A stretch of 64,000 nt of DNA. Source: Candidatus [Bacteroides] periocalifornicus. GTDB lineage: Bacteria > Bacteroidota > Bacteroidia > Bacteroidales > CAJPTX01. Location of the stretch: NCBI GenBank assembly GCA_001421095.1, contig LIIK01000008.1, positions 2,791-66,790 on the forward strand, read 5' to 3'. The notes below the pieces were generated by a model. That model did no database searches, was not told the origin of the DNA, and saw nothing but the letters and a program-made list of their open reading frames with translations. Positions 47,839-57,602 of this stretch are shown here, piece by piece. A program made the position numbers and the translations under genes. Each line of letters starts with the position of its first letter. Position 1 is the stretch's first letter.

Positions 47839-50800
47839 ATGAGATTTATCAAAACGATCTTTAGCCTTCTGCTTCTCGCGGCCTGCTGGGGAGGGGAGAC
47901 CCTTGGGCAGAAGGTGAACTACCTCTACGCTGGGCATGATTCTACCGTGCTAGAGGTGGAATTTCCCTCTGTGCGCCTTGAACCCGTTGAGGTTCAGGGG
48001 CAGCGAAGCCTATTGCCCTATATGCCAGAGGGGATCTATAGGCAGGAGGCGGGTGATCCGGATTTGCCCAACTACGCCCTGCCGATGCTTATGCAGCCTG
48101 GGCAAACGGCTAGCGTTCGCATACTCTCTATGGAGCTGGACACCGTGCCGGGCGTACTGATTGCGCCTTCTAGAGGTATGCTAATACGGACTGTAGACCC
48201 TAGCACGGTGGTTAGAATCTTTGGCCCTAGCTATACGAACGATGGACTGTTCCCTACCCAGAGCGTAGAATTTGCCGCCCCCTATTGGCAGGGTACCAAC
48301 TACGGGCGGAGTTTGCAGCTCTACCCCTTGCAGTACAATCCGGTGAAGCGGTAGCTCTTGGTTGCTAAAAGGATGCGGTTGGCTATTAGGGGTCTGGTAG
48401 ATCCTAGCGAATTGTTCCCAGAGGAAGTACGGGCAGCAGCGAACTATTCGAATATCTATCCAGCACTCTCTAAACTCCCGAAAGTCAGAGGTCAGAAGGT
48501 TGATCCCCAATACGAACTGATGGTGGTAGTGCCTGAGAGATACCGAGCCGCCATACAGCCTTTGGTGCTGTGGAAACGGCAGAGAGGGCTAGCTGTGAGC
48601 ATCTGCAACTACGGCAAGGTGAATGGGGGCAGATAGTAAAGAGCCCCTCTACCCTGAAGCAGTATATCCAGACGAGGTACGAGGCCTCCAGCTCGCGGCT
48701 ACGCTACGTGCTGCTTGTGGGTGGACGGGAGGATATTCCACCGTTTACGAGGACGGGGATCTCAGACCTAAGCTCTGGCGTACCCAATTCCGATAGCGAT
48801 GTGGCCTACGGGCAGCTGCCAGGGCCAGACGGGAGGGAAGACCATGTGAATGAGGTTTACGTGGGGAGATTCTCGGTGCGTGGGATTCCAGAGCTAGAGT
48901 CCATGGTGAAGAAGGTTATAACCTACGAACGCGATCTGGATGCCAGCGATACGTGGCTATCCAATGGCCTTTCGATAGCCAGCAATGAGGGGACGAATGC
49001 GGGCGATAACGACGAAACTGATAGAGAGCACAGCCGGCTTATCCGCCAACATATGCTCTCGGGCGGTTACCAGCAGGTGGATACGCTTTTCGACTTGCCA
49101 CGCCGTTCGGTGAAACCACAGGATGTTTTTGAGACTATCAACAGCGGGGTGGGGGTGATAACCTATATAGGGCATGGCGATGTGCGTTACTGGCAAACCT
49201 CTGGATTCACCGTTGGCCATATAGAGCAACAGCTTAGGAACACTAGGGCTTGGCCTTTTATATTCGATGTAGCCTGCCTAAACGGTAAGATGGCAGAGGG
49301 ACCCTGTTTTGCCGAGGCGTTCGCCAGGGCTAGCCGCGATGGTGAGCCTACGGGCGCATTGGCCATAAACGGAAGTAGCGATAACCAACCGTGAGCACCA
49401 CCCATGGCAGCCCAGGACGCTATGGTTGACTACCTTACAGGGTTTAGCCCTACCGATGGCATGCTAGAGCAGGAGCAACTCTCCTATGGTATGCTGGTAG
49501 CGCGGTCTGTGCAGGTGATGCTGGGCAAATACACGGGGCGGTACGGTGCAGTCACAGCCGATACGTGGAATACGTTTGGCGACCCCTCGGTGTATCTTCG
49601 CACGCAACCGCCTATCCCCATGCGGGCAGAGCTTACTAGAACCGTAAGGATGGGCGATACGCTGCTCAGTGTGCAGTGAGACACGGAGGGGGCACTCGCT
49701 GTGCTTACCTTTGAGCGTACAGGTGAAGATACAGCCTACCTTAGGGCGGTGGTAGACGGAGGACTGGCGCAGTTTCGGGTGAAAGCAATTAAAAAATCAG
49801 ATCGGCTTACACTTACGGTTACAGCGCCCAATAGGCAAACGGTGGTTAGCACGCTCAATGTGGAAGAGGCCAATGCTTTCAGCCTTCGTTCAGTGGTGTG
49901 AAGCTAAAGACTGCTGTAGGGGAAGAGGGAATCTCAATGAAGGGTGGCGATAGTCGAGAGCTTTCGGGCGAGTTGTGCAGCTCGGGATCTGCATTGCCCA
50001 GTGGGTCAGTATCGTTGGAGTGTGTATTGGAACCGAGTACCTTGGGAACGGTAGCTGTGGAGCTGCCCGATGTGAAGGTTGCTGCTTTAGGGCAGTGTAC
50101 GGGTAGGCAAAATCTGGCCAAGGTCACGCTGAAGGCGGAGATACCAGAGGGTACACAGGGTACTCTGCGGCTTAAGGCTAAGGTGGGCGATGTGGTGGTG
50201 GGTGACTATAGCCAGCTCTTCCGAATGGGGACGTGGCGTATGGTAATAGACAGCCTCTCCATTGCAGCGAGTTCAAACGGTGGTAGCGTGCTGGTACCAG
50301 GCGAAAAGCTCACGCTTCAGGTGGCATTGAGGAATGTAGGGGGGCTCGATGTGGAGAATTACCAGCTGATGCTTTCCTACCCAGATTTTCCAGAATTCAC
50401 CCCAAAAGAGTTCAAGCGCACATTGCTCCCTGTTGGAGCAAAGAGCTGATTCCGTCTAGATGTACAGCTGCCAGAGCAAGCCAAGAACAGAAACTTCACG
50501 GTGCTTCGGGCAACGGTCCTGGTGGCGGGCAAAGAGGTGACCGTTACCGAGCTCCCCATCCCGCTTAAAGAGCGTTACATCGCGCAAGCCCTCTTTACGG
50601 GTTACCCACTTGCGAATGGGGATGCTAAGTACCAGAAAACAAGGATTATTATACCCCGTGAAACATTTAAGGCTGGGCAGTATACGGGGATTAGAATCCC
50701 GGTGTACGCTTACGGTTTGCAACAGCAGGGTGCGTGGAACGCCACGGCAACACTAGAACCTACGCTGGCTACCACCATGTCTGATTTGCCCAAAAGCGTA

Positions 50801-51791
50801 CTGGATACGACCACTTGGCCTAGTGCTACCCTGCCCGTAACCTACGATTCGGCCTCCCATTCGCTCGTTCTGCCTACCAATGTTGTGAAGATGTCGGGCG
50901 ATAAGAACCTCCTGCTTACCATCTACTACCGCGGTGGTCAGCAGCAGGGGTATGGGGTAAAGCCCGCCCAAAAGGGGTACGGCATGGTGGATGTAGCCCA
51001 ATTGCATGGTGGAGGGGACGCCGAGGTCTATAATCCGGTATTCCCCCCCCCGCGCAGAGCTGATAGAGGCTAGGAGGGCGAAGGTCACTCTCGCCTTTCA
51101 CCCGGTAGACGGAGGTAAGCCCGAGGCTCTACGGGTGCGATTCAATGGCGAACTCCTCGCAGTCAACCAGCAGGCTACAGCATATGCCAATGTGCTTGAG
51201 GGGGACTATACCCTACAGTTCAGCACAGACAATTACCTCGATAGCACGGTGGCAGTGAGCGTTCGGGGGACGGAGTCCTCCCATGCAATACCGCTCCTAG
51301 CACCACACGCTGCGCCAGTAACCATCTGGGTTACCAACAAGCAGGGGGCAAGCCTAGATGGCGCCGCGGCAGAGGTGGGAGGAGTAACAGCGCAACCAGA
51401 TGATGATGGTGTATTCCATTTTAGCTTTAGGCCAGGGATATACCCCCTTGCAGTTAGTGCGCCAGGATTCTCGGCCATGAATTACGATATTGTGGTTACG
51501 AAGTCAGGGTTCAACGGTAAATACGCTCTTTCGGCAGATCTTAGTCCAGTAGATGAACCCGAGGGTATACGTCTACACCCCAATCCGGCCGGTTCGTACC
51601 TAGAGATGCAGCTTCCAGAGGGCGTGGAACGATTGCAGGTGCTGGCTTCTACTGGAGTTGAGATGCTTGAGGTGCAGGTTAGCGAGCAAAAGGTCAGGAT
51701 AGATGTGCGCGCCCTTCCAGCAGGGGGCTATATTGTTAGGGCTGTAGGGAAGGGGAGGGCGCCCGTATTGGCACGCTTTGTTAAGCTGTAG
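47839..51791 (+). pseudogene. Gingipain-family (peptidase C25) T9SS protease gene, disrupted by 4 in-frame stops and 3 frameshifts
   Basis: Eight consecutive ORF fragments reconstruct one ~1300-aa protein. It has a signal peptide and propeptide, a C25 catalytic region (ITYIGHGDVRYW, IFDVACLNGKM), Ig-like domains and a T9SS CTD (HPNPAGSYLEMQL...GGYIVRAVG...ARFVKL). In-frame stops: TAG at 48352-48354, TGA at 49392-49394, TGA at 49677-49679, TGA at 50447-50449. Frame changes occur near 48625-48629 (G5), about 49880-49900, and 51043-51051 (C9). Confidence 0.85.
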
Positions 51792-51820
51792 GTGATTTTG
51801 CGGGTAAGATAGGTAAGATA

Positions 51821-52576
51821 ATGGTGCGTAATCAGCGGAATGTGTGGATTCTTATGCTAGCTGCGATGTCGCTTCTGACTGTGCCGCTCGGCTGTACGAA
51901 AGAGCCGATTAAGCCCATTGAGAATCCTGACAGAGTCGACACCGTTCCAAATCCCAAGCCAGATACCATTCCAGACCCCAAGCCACAACCCGAACCGTCG
52001 CCAGTGCCAGGCAAATACCCCGCTGTCGATAGTATCATGGTGGATGCCTACCATTTCGATAGTTGGGTCTACATCTCCCTCGAGAAGAGGGGCAATGCTC
52101 GCGTATTGGGGAAGGGGAGCATGACTGTGGATGGCGAACGGCGAGTGGTGGAGGAGCTTTCTTGGAGAGAGCGTGATGATTGGGATGTGGCGCTCCACCT
52201 TACCGACTGGCGCACCAATGGCGGTACATCGGGAAAAGGGCAGTGCGCAGTGGCCAGAACCGAGGAGAAGGACTTTGCTAAAGTTACCGAGGTACCAGCA
52301 CCGTCGGCATTCATAGCCGATGATTCTATACAGGTGCACTATGCGCATAAGCTGGATAAGATTACCACCTTTGGCAATGCGCTACTGTCTGATGTTGTGA
52401 CCATGGTGCACCAAGGGGGCGGTCCTCCAATATTCTCCATTCTCCCGAAAGTTTTAGTGCTTCGCACAGCCAAGGGGCGATACCTCAAGCTGCAGGTAAC
52501 GGGCTACATGGATATGGCAGCGAGTAAATATCTGCAAATCTCATTCAGATACCAAGAGCTAAAGCCGCAGCCATAG
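51821..52576 (+). CDS. HmuY-family (haem-binding) lipoprotein
   Basis: Lipobox LGC. Collinear pattern match to P. gingivalis HmuY from memory: DAYHFDSWVYISL, DDWDVALHLTDWRTNGGTSGKG, VPAPSAFIAD, VLVLRTAKGRYLKLQVTGY, ISFRYQEL. Confidence 0.65.
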   Translation: MVRNQRNVWILMLAAMSLLTVPLGCTKEPIKPIENPDRVDTVPNPKPDTIPDPKPQPEPSPVPGKYPAVDSIMVDAYHFDSWVYISLEKRGNARVLGKGSMTVDGERRVVEELSWRERDDWDVALHLTDWRTNGGTSGKGQCAVARTEEKDFAKVTEVPAPSAFIADDSIQVHYAHKLDKITTFGNALLSDVVTMVHQGGGPPIFSILPKVLVLRTAKGRYLKLQVTGYMDMAASKYLQISFRYQELKPQP

Positions 52577-52605
52577 TTCGTGTGCATAGCGGTGCTACCC
52601 AGTGA

Positions 52606-52634
52606 AGACCCACCCGAGAGGGTGGGTCTTTTTA
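52606..52634 (+). terminator. Rho-independent terminator
   Basis: Stem agacccaccc/gggtgggtct with loop gaga, then TTTT. Confidence 0.7.
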
Positions 52635-52667
52635 TGCCGTTTTGCCAGTTATTCCCCATCTTCTTGC

Positions 52668-52675
52668 TACCTTTG
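52668..52675 (+). promoter_or_regulatory. -7 promoter box (tacctttg)
   Basis: Lies 45 nt upstream of the ATG at 52720. Confidence 0.5.
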
Positions 52676-52719
52676 CCCCGTTTACCGAGAAATCAATATT
52701 AGAACATCAGGTTTATTCT

Positions 52720-53772
52720 ATGAAAAGATCGCAAGTAGCCCCCTTTTTTCTTGCCATTGCCCTGGTGGCGGCATTCACCTTTGCGGCGTACGGTATAGCT
52801 GGCATTCGTGTGGTCAAGGAGCTTTCGCTCAGCCCTATGGTTATAGGCATTGTGCTGGGGATGCTCTTTGGCAATACTCTGCTGCCCTATGTGCTGGGTT
52901 CGTGGGAGCTTAAAGGGGGATTCAAATTCTGCAGCAAGACCCTCCTGCGCACCGCTATCGTATTCTACGGATTCCGCCTCACGGTGGGCAATGTGATGGA
53001 GATAGGGGTGCCGGGTATCGTTATCGATATCATAGTGGTGACCACGGTGCTGCTGCTGGGTACGTGGCTAGGGCGGCGGTTGGGGCTTGATAGCGATTTG
53101 GCCATACTCACCTCATCGGGCAGCGCGATATGCGGGGCAGCTGCGGTGCTGGGTACAGAGCCCGTGGTGCGCGCCAAACCCTACCAGACGGCAATAGCTG
53201 TGACAACGGTGGTGCTCTTCGGTACCATTGCCATGTTCCTCTACCCTGCGCTCTACAGGGCGGGAGTGTTCGACCTTAACCCTACGCAGATGGCGCTCTA
53301 CACCGGGAGCACCCTCCATGAGGTAGCCCATGTGGTGGGGGCAGGCAACGCAATGAACGATGTGGTAATAGCAAACAATGCGGTGATTACCAAAATGATC
53401 CGTGTTATACTGCTTGCCCCATTCCTCATAATTCTGGGCTTAATACTGCAGCGTACTCGCCGTGGGAAACCCGAATTTGAGGGTAATGCGGGTGGAGCCT
53501 GGTGGCGAAGATTCCCCTGGTTTGCCATTGGTTTCCTGCTGGTTATCTGCTTCAACTCCTTCGACCTCTTGCCGCATTCTGCCGTGGGTATGATCAATAA
53601 GCTCGATAATTTTGCGCTGGCTATGGCCATGACGGCCTTGGGTATCGATGCCGACTTCCGCAAGTTCAAGGAGGCGGGTTTTCGGCCATTCCTGCTGGCG
53701 CTTATCCTTTTCGGCTGGCTCATCGGTGTCGGCTACCTGTTGGCCAAGTATTTAGCGCCCGCATTGGCCTAG
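52720..53772 (+). CDS. YeiH/UPF0324 family membrane protein (putative sulfate exporter family)
   Basis: About 10 TM helices. Motifs GSAICGAAAV and TLHEVAHVVGAG. The ATG at 52720 is preferred because the track start overlaps the promoter. Confidence 0.75.
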   Translation: MKRSQVAPFFLAIALVAAFTFAAYGIAGIRVVKELSLSPMVIGIVLGMLFGNTLLPYVLGSWELKGGFKFCSKTLLRTAIVFYGFRLTVGNVMEIGVPGIVIDIIVVTTVLLLGTWLGRRLGLDSDLAILTSSGSAICGAAAVLGTEPVVRAKPYQTAIAVTTVVLFGTIAMFLYPALYRAGVFDLNPTQMALYTGSTLHEVAHVVGAGNAMNDVVIANNAVITKMIRVILLAPFLIILGLILQRTRRGKPEFEGNAGGAWWRRFPWFAIGFLLVICFNSFDLLPHSAVGMINKLDNFALAMAMTALGIDADFRKFKEAGFRPFLLALILFGWLIGVGYLLAKYLAPALA

Positions 53773-53796
53773 TTTCATCCAAACCATCCATTCGCC

Positions 53797-54675
53797 ATGC
53801 ACAAGTCAGGTTTTGTCAGCATTCTCGGGAATCCCAACGTTGGGAAATCCACACTTATGAATCGTCTGGTAGGCGAGCGGCTGTCCATAGTCACCAGCAA
53901 GGCGCAGACTACCCGCCATCGAATTTTTGGCATTGTCGATACCCCAGACTACCAGATTGTTTACTCCGACACCCCAGGTATATTGGCGCCAGCCTACGAG
54001 CTACAGCGCACCATGCTGAAGGCGGTGGAGCAGACCCTGGAGGATTCCGATTTCCTGCTCTACATAACCGACGTGGTGGAGAATCCGGCCAAGCACGCCG
54101 AGTTTTTCGCCACCATAGCCAAGAGTCCCATCCCAAAGCTGGTGCTTATCAATAAGATCGATCTTACCGATCAGCATACGCTAGAGGGACTCGTTGCCCA
54201 GTGGGCAGAGAGGTTGCCCGGGGCTGAGGTGCTCCCCATATCGGCCCTGCATAGCTTTGGCGTGGAGCTTATCCAGCCGAAGATCATTTCGCTCCTACCC
54301 GAGGGTGAAAAGTACTTCCCCCCCGATACGCTGACCGACAGACCAGTGCGTTTCTTCGTTACGGAGATCATCCGAGAGAAGATCCTGCTCTACACCCATC
54401 AGGAGGTGCCCTACTCGGTAGAGATCTCGGTGAGCGACTACCGCGAAGAGCGTGGTATCGACCGTATAGAGGCGGTGATATACGTTGCCCGCGATTCACA
54501 GCGGGGCATCCTCATCGGGCACGGGGGGCGCATGCTCAAGCGCATTGGCATAGAGGCCCGCAAGGATCTGGAGCGATTCCTCCAGAAGCACGTCTACCTT
54601 GGCCTCACGGTTCAGGTGGCCGATAACTGGCGCGACGACCCAGACCAGCTCAAGCGATTCGGGTATACGGAGTAG
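53797..54675 (+). CDS. era: GTPase Era
   Basis: G1 GNPNVGKST, G3 DTPG, G4 NKID, and a C-terminal KH domain (IYVARDSQRGILIGHGGRMLKRIG). Confidence 0.9.
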   Translation: MHKSGFVSILGNPNVGKSTLMNRLVGERLSIVTSKAQTTRHRIFGIVDTPDYQIVYSDTPGILAPAYELQRTMLKAVEQTLEDSDFLLYITDVVENPAKHAEFFATIAKSPIPKLVLINKIDLTDQHTLEGLVAQWAERLPGAEVLPISALHSFGVELIQPKIISLLPEGEKYFPPDTLTDRPVRFFVTEIIREKILLYTHQEVPYSVEISVSDYREERGIDRIEAVIYVARDSQRGILIGHGGRMLKRIGIEARKDLERFLQKHVYLGLTVQVADNWRDDPDQLKRFGYTE

Positions 54676-54701
54676 GGCGGAATACCGCAAAATCTGATTC
54701 A

Positions 54702-54738
54702 ACGGGCGATGCGAAGAGCATCGTCCGTTTTTTTTTTT
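54702..54738 (+). terminator. Rho-independent terminator
   Basis: 11-bp stem acgggcgatgc/gcatcgtccgt, then T11. Confidence 0.8.
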
Positions 54739-54756
54739 GCAATTTATTGATGTCTG

Positions 54757-54832
54757 GTAAAACTTAATGGGGGTTACGAAATCTCCTAAGAATATAGTCA
54801 AAATCTTCAAAAATAGGCTTATAAAGGCCTAA
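54757..54832 (+). repeat. Left arm of ~76-81-bp imperfect inverted repeat bounding the 5.7-kb cassette
   Basis: gtaaaactta..ggggttacgaaatctcctaagaatatagtcaaaatcttcaaaaataggcttataaaggcctaa is the reverse complement (with a few mismatches and indels) of 60421-60501. Confidence 0.8.
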
Positions 54833-55233
54833 CAAGCAAGAAATACCCAGATAATAGCAATTTGTATAATCTGTCTAAAAGATTGCCTCTGTATTAAAAT
54901 TGGCTATAACTATAAGATTTTTATCTATTTGCAGTAATCGTATGTATTTTTAGCGGACAGCAATAAAAAAAGATTGAACCCATTACGAAACTTTTGCAGG
55001 GGGGCATCGTGCCAAATTTCGCTCTGGTATAGACTGGGAGGTGTTGATGGTATGTTATTTCACGGCTCGTTGCCCTCCTTAGTAAGGACGCGGTGTAACC
55101 CAACCCCAAGGGAGGCCCCAAACCGAACAAAGAAAGCAAAAGATATCAACGCCAATTGACTCTGAAATCTTGCACGCCGGGATTTGAATCACTACCTAGT
55201 TGTGGCGTGCCTGTAGAACGGTTATGATCCACT

Positions 55234-56256
55234 TCACATTTCTTCGCTCCACTGCATACATTCCGGGTTATAATGGCATTTATAGGGTTTATCTGTAAGG
55301 TTTTCCAGAAAGGCTCTACAGTCATTGCAAAGATATCTGAACTCGCACAATTTACATACTGAAACACGATCTGTGTTGATCATTCCTAAGGATTGGAATT
55401 TTTCATTACTCACAATATCTACTAACTGAACGTCATTCTGATCTATATTACCGTAGTAGCGAGGAATACAGGGACAATTCATTACATCCCCTTCTGATGA
55501 TATGAAGAGTTTCTTGTACAAGCAGCTGTTATATAACTTATTGAACATATAGGAGTGTACAGTCTTCAATCTGTAAAGAGTTCTCCTATTTATCACTCCA
55601 CAGTCTCTGGGAGATGAAAAACATTGCTCTGAATAAAGTATGAATCCTATCGATTGGGATGTGAATTCTGTTTTGATCTTCTTATAATAATTCTTTTCTT
55701 GGTTAAATACTATCATCGATAGCATCGGATATTTTTCTAGGAAAGAAATTGCTTCGTCTACATGATTCCAATTCGGCTGGCAGATTATTAGTTCGATTGA
55801 TAGCCATTCATGCTGTAAAAATGGCTGTAGCGTCTTGTCGACTTCTGCAAGCGATACAGGAAGGAAATATCGAAACTGAAGATGCTGGCAATTCAACTTT
55901 GCGAGTTGTGCCGCAATATAATCATATCTATGCGCATGCTTCTCAATATCTATACATGCGATTTCTATTAGGCACGGAGAGCAGTATATCTCCTCGATTT
56001 TTCTAAATCCAGTAATATCCTCCACTAGAACTCCAAGCCGGTAACGTAAGATAAAGTCGATAAATTGCTGTATGAATTCATGCCATTCCTCTCCCCATTT
56101 GGAAAAAATACACTCAATAGTTTCGGTAGAGAATTGCTCCTGCAAACCACACGGCAAATTTGGGATATAGAGGAGTTCTTCCCTTTTGAAATCAAGCACG
56201 AGCGTTCTTTTCGCTCCCTTGGTGAAAAAAACGTCTGGGAAAATAAGTAGATACAT
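55234..56256 (-). CDS. SPASM-domain peptide maturase ('grasp-with-spasm' type), no canonical radical-SAM CX3CX2C motif
   Basis: The C-terminal Cys pattern fits SPASM: C-x10-G-x4-C (CLYKKLFISSEGDVMNC), then CKLCEFRYLCNDC, then YKCHYNPEC. The N-terminal half has only CSPCLIEIAC (C-x2-C-x5-C). AT-rich codon usage. Confidence 0.75.
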   Translation of the reverse strand: MYLLIFPDVFFTKGAKRTLVLDFKREELLYIPNLPCGLQEQFSTETIECIFSKWGEEWHEFIQQFIDFILRYRLGVLVEDITGFRKIEEIYCSPCLIEIACIDIEKHAHRYDYIAAQLAKLNCQHLQFRYFLPVSLAEVDKTLQPFLQHEWLSIELIICQPNWNHVDEAISFLEKYPMLSMIVFNQEKNYYKKIKTEFTSQSIGFILYSEQCFSSPRDCGVINRRTLYRLKTVHSYMFNKLYNSCLYKKLFISSEGDVMNCPCIPRYYGNIDQNDVQLVDIVSNEKFQSLGMINTDRVSVCKLCEFRYLCNDCRAFLENLTDKPYKCHYNPECMQWSEEM

Positions 56257-56459
56257 TATCCGTCATCTTCATTTTTTGTAGTAAATCCATATATTGTAAC
56301 GGATTTCCAACGATCACATAGGCTGTATTGACTATAGCCATGATATTTCTGGGAAAACGAGAAATTCTTTTTCTCAGAAATTAAATGCTCAGAATCAGCC
56401 TCCCATTCTTTTAGCTCTAAGCTTCGGAAAAAGAGCGGAAATGTTTCTTCTTGTGCCAT
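56256..56459 (-). CDS. 67-aa ORF translationally coupled between the ATP-grasp and SPASM genes (function unknown)
   Basis: Its ATG lies 4 nt after the ATP-grasp stop, and its TAA overlaps the SPASM ATG by 1 nt (TAATG). Acidic C-terminus (KNEDDG). Confidence 0.5.
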   Translation of the reverse strand: MAQEETFPLFFRSLELKEWEADSEHLISEKKNFSFSQKYHGYSQYSLCDRWKSVTIYGFTTKNEDDG

Positions 56460-56463
56460 AGTC

Positions 56464-57444
56464 TTACAGTAAGGACGCTAATTCTTTCTCTAGGTAGTAG
56501 TTGCAGGCTGTACCATAGGCCGTAAATTGCCCCACTGGGTTCACTTCGAGAAATACGTAAGCACCGTTCGAATCTACTACCAAATCAATAGCCCCGAATT
56601 GCAAATCCAAGAGTCGCATCAAATGGGAAAGCTTCTGAGCGATTGAATCGGGAAGTCTATAAGGAACAATGCGAAGATCCTTTGGCTGGCAACGTCTTCC
56701 ATCAATGGTTGCCCCTTCAAGTTCCTGCGTGAATAGGGCCACCGCATAGCAACGTCCAGCTATATAGATTACGCGAAGCTCAAATCGCTTTTCAATTTTT
56801 TCTTGAAAAAGCGCATGGGGAAAAGTATCTGGTATTGAGGACAGATCTTCCTCCGTCACCAGTGAAGTGTATGATATATAAGCGCTAGATTTTTGAACAT
56901 CGTAAACCCCTTCATACATTGGCTTTACGATCATATCCCCTTTCTGCTTAATCAAATCTTTCAACTCGCTTTTCTTGTTTATGATATAAGTCGCTGGCGT
57001 TTTAAGCCCAATGTTTCTAGCTATTACAAGTACACTTAGCTTATTCAGCTCGCGTTTTTCGTATTCGCAGAGTTTAAAGCTTGCCTGCTTTTGAATCTGC
57101 TCAAAAATAAAAGCCCGATAAACGAGAAACTCGGTTTTTAGGAATTCCTTATAATGATCGATTTTGTAGGCTTCACATTTGTCATGCGGAAGATCTGCAT
57201 GTGCCGTGGCTGGAGGTAGTGCTAGGTTGATTCCACATTTTCGATACCAAAAGCTCGTGATTTCTGAGATGTCAATATCCCTCGCACAGTAGATAGATCG
57301 GGCGCTCAGCTTCCCATTTGAGTATTTGAAATGAATATCATGACAATCCCCATTGAACCGGAAATAGTTTTTTCCCCAGAAGTAAAGCCAATCAATCACC
57401 CTAGAGGTGGCGAAATCATCTAATCGCGAGGATATAGCTATCAT
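56464..57444 (-). CDS. ATP-grasp peptide maturase (graspetide/'grasp-with-spasm' type)
   Basis: MIAISSRLDDFATSRVIDWL N-terminal pre-ATP-grasp region. Later VKPMYEG, FELRVIYIAGRCYAVA and YVFLEVNPVGQF. The track start at 57573 adds 43 codons and is less likely. Confidence 0.8.
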   Translation of the reverse strand: MIAISSRLDDFATSRVIDWLYFWGKNYFRFNGDCHDIHFKYSNGKLSARSIYCARDIDISEITSFWYRKCGINLALPPATAHADLPHDKCEAYKIDHYKEFLKTEFLVYRAFIFEQIQKQASFKLCEYEKRELNKLSVLVIARNIGLKTPATYIINKKSELKDLIKQKGDMIVKPMYEGVYDVQKSSAYISYTSLVTEEDLSSIPDTFPHALFQEKIEKRFELRVIYIAGRCYAVALFTQELEGATIDGRRCQPKDLRIVPYRLPDSIAQKLSHLMRLLDLQFGAIDLVVDSNGAYVFLEVNPVGQFTAYGTACNYYLEKELASLL

Positions 57445-57602
57445 AAGTACAAAAAAAATTAAAATAGAGAGTTCCACCCGTGAGTAAGTAGAACCCTCTA
57501 TCAAACTAAACCGCTTCTTGTAGCTATCGTATGGGATAAACGACGAGTTACAGCCTCTAACAAATACATACAAAACCTACAGAAGTGCGTACCAAACTGA
57601 TC

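Noticed and set aside
47839-51791. TGA read as a sense codon (alternative genetic code or selenocysteine) to rescue the C25 gene
   Set aside because: Many clearly intact genes in the window terminate at TGA (for example the M23 peptidase and MerR). The gene also contains a TAG stop and three frameshifts. No SECIS-like context was evaluated or is evident.
30795-52600. Discrete integrated element (prophage/ICE) at tRNA-Met
   Set aside because: No integrase, phage structural, conjugation or replication genes were found, and no duplicated tRNA 3' end was seen. The region is accessory-like, but its boundaries cannot be supported from the sequence.
54833-55233. Structured RNA or gene remnant between the left repeat arm and the SPASM gene (GC-rich patch 55000-55150)
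   Set aside because: I could not match it to any RNA family or protein motif by eye. It contains a fragment of the MITE-like repeat. It is left unannotated rather than named.
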